Below, piece by piece: positions 15,120 to 16,156 of a stretch of 16,156 bases of DNA. A program made the position numbers and the translations under genes. Position 1 is the first letter of the stretch, and each line of letters starts with the position of its first letter. The stretch comes from an uncultured archaeon (GTDB taxonomy: Archaea > Hadarchaeota > Hadarchaeia > Hadarchaeales > WYZ-LMO6). The DNA is taken from contig CALJER010000030.1 of NCBI GenBank assembly GCA_938074535.1, positions 1 through 16,156 of the forward strand, read 5' to 3'. The notes beneath the pieces were generated by a model, which saw nothing but the letters and a program-made list of their open reading frames with translations, was not told where the DNA came from and searched no databases.

Positions 15120-15733
15120 CCCTTCCCCTCCGAGGGGCAGACCCCGGCCATGGGGCAGCGCCCGCACCTGGGATATCTGGGGAGGCAGACTTCCCTTCCG
15201 AAGAGCACCAGCCCCCGGTTGATCAGGTGCCACTTCTCCACCGGGAAGAGCCTCTGCAGGGTCTCCCTCACCTCCTCCAGCCCCGCCTCCTTCCTCACCA
15301 GTCCCAGCCTCTTGCTTATGCGGTTCACGTGGGTGTCCACGGGTATGGCGGGCTTTCCCAGCCCGTAGCAGAGGACCACATCGGCCGTCTTGGGCCCCAC
15401 GCCGGGAAGCTCCATCAGGGCCTCCCTTGTTCCCGGGACCCTACCCCCGTGCTTCTCCAGGAGGAGTTTCGCCGTCTCCTTCAGCCTCCTGGCCTTCTGG
15501 TCAGCCAGCCCCACCCCCCTGATCAGCTTCTTCAGCCTGGGAAGGGGGAGGGAGGAGAGAGCCCGGGGCGTGGGGGCCGCGGAGAGGAGGGAGCGGGAGG
15601 CCCTTTCCGTGTTCTCCTCCCTGGTGCGCTGGGAGAGGATGCAGGAGACCAGCACGCGGAAGGGGTGGGAGGGCCCTCTCCCGATCCTCCCGCCGTAGCT
15701 CTCCTCCAGCGTTCGGAGGAGCCTCCCCCTCAC
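15116..15733 (-). CDS. nth: Endonuclease III (HhH-GPD DNA glycosylase/AP lyase), about 205 aa
   Basis: PFRVLVSCILSQRT, HhH LPGVGPKTA with catalytic K, VDTHV with catalytic D, and [4Fe-4S] motif C-x6-C-x2-C-x5-C. GTG 15733 overlaps the upstream stop (GTGA). Confidence 0.94.
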   Translation of the reverse strand: MRGRLLRTLEESYGGRIGRGPSHPFRVLVSCILSQRTREENTERASRSLLSAAPTPRALSSLPLPRLKKLIRGVGLADQKARRLKETAKLLLEKHGGRVPGTREALMELPGVGPKTADVVLCYGLGKPAIPVDTHVNRISKRLGLVRKEAGLEEVRETLQRLFPVEKWHLINRGLVLFGREVCLPRYPRCGRCPMAGVCPSEGKG

Positions 15734-16155
15734 CTCAGCAGCTCGCCTATCCGCTTGGCCAGCGCGTGGTAGCACATGTCCACCCCCGCCTTTCCCGTCA
15801 CCACGTTGAGCACGTAGTCCCTGCAGCTGCACATGGAGCGCACCACCTCGTACTCGTCCGTCTCCCCCTTCACGAACCACCTCTTCCCCCTCCTCACCAC
15901 CCTCCCCTCCTTCACCGCCTGCAGGGCGTGCCTTCCCCTCTTCCCGTACAGCCTCACCACCTCCTCCTCCAGCTCGGGGGTGAGTCTCCCCTCCTCCTCC
16001 AGCCTGGAGAAGAGCCTTTCCCTCCTTCTCCCGAACTCCTCCCCTTCCCCCTTCCTCTCCACCCTGATTCTCTCTCCCGTCCCGATCTTCCCCAGCACCC
16101 CCGGGTCACCCCTTATCCTCCCCACCACGTTTACAGGGCTGTAGGCCACGGGCTT
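15730..16155 (-). CDS. SWIM zinc-finger protein, 5' end beyond the window edge, apparently fused to a cyclophilin-like (TM1367/DUF369-type) domain
   Basis: SWIM motif CSC.D...MCYH preceded by FVKGETDEYEV. The frame is open to the window edge and begins KPVAYSPVNVVGRIRGD, which resembles the C-terminus of cyclophilin-like proteins. Confidence 0.78.
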   Translation of the reverse strand, partial: KPVAYSPVNVVGRIRGDPGVLGKIGTGERIRVERKGEGEEFGRRRERLFSRLEEEGRLTPELEEEVVRLYGKRGRHALQAVKEGRVVRRGKRWFVKGETDEYEVVRSMCSCRDYVLNVVTGKAGVDMCYHALAKRIGELLR

Positions 16156-16156
16156 C

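Noticed and set aside
1-16156. CRISPR arrays, tRNA/rRNA genes, transposases and defence systems
   Set aside because: No spaced repeats, cloverleafs or such protein motifs were seen. All intergenic gaps are under about 160 bp, and the HD proteins are not Cas3-like.

Overview
GC-rich, densely packed archaeal window (TFE, HdrA/MvhD, class III signal peptide, TATA/BRE promoters, AGG/ATA codon use). A thermophilic euryarchaeal-type anaerobe is likely; Hadarchaeota is a guess only. Left to right: a truncated pilin-like gene missed by the ORF track; MinD, a 2-TM protein and a second, catalytically degenerate MinD; hdrA-mvhD without hdrBC; a [NiFe] maturation cluster (hypA, Mrp/MinD-type hypB, hypF, divergent hypE); an Fe-ADH/SDR/NIPSNAP operon; tfe-HD-ahcY; a small EF-Tu-domain-II-like protein; a YfbR-like HD hydrolase; and a minus-strand run of cyclophilin-like/SWIM fusion, nth and a membrane protein. 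The best candidate for a new system is the pilin / intact MinD / membrane protein / pseudo-MinD module. Also notable are the cyclophilin-like-SWIM fusion, a shifted Cys motif in HdrA and a 293-bp convergent overlap. No RNA genes, CRISPR arrays or mobile elements were recognised. Family calls come from motif recognition by eye, not database searches.
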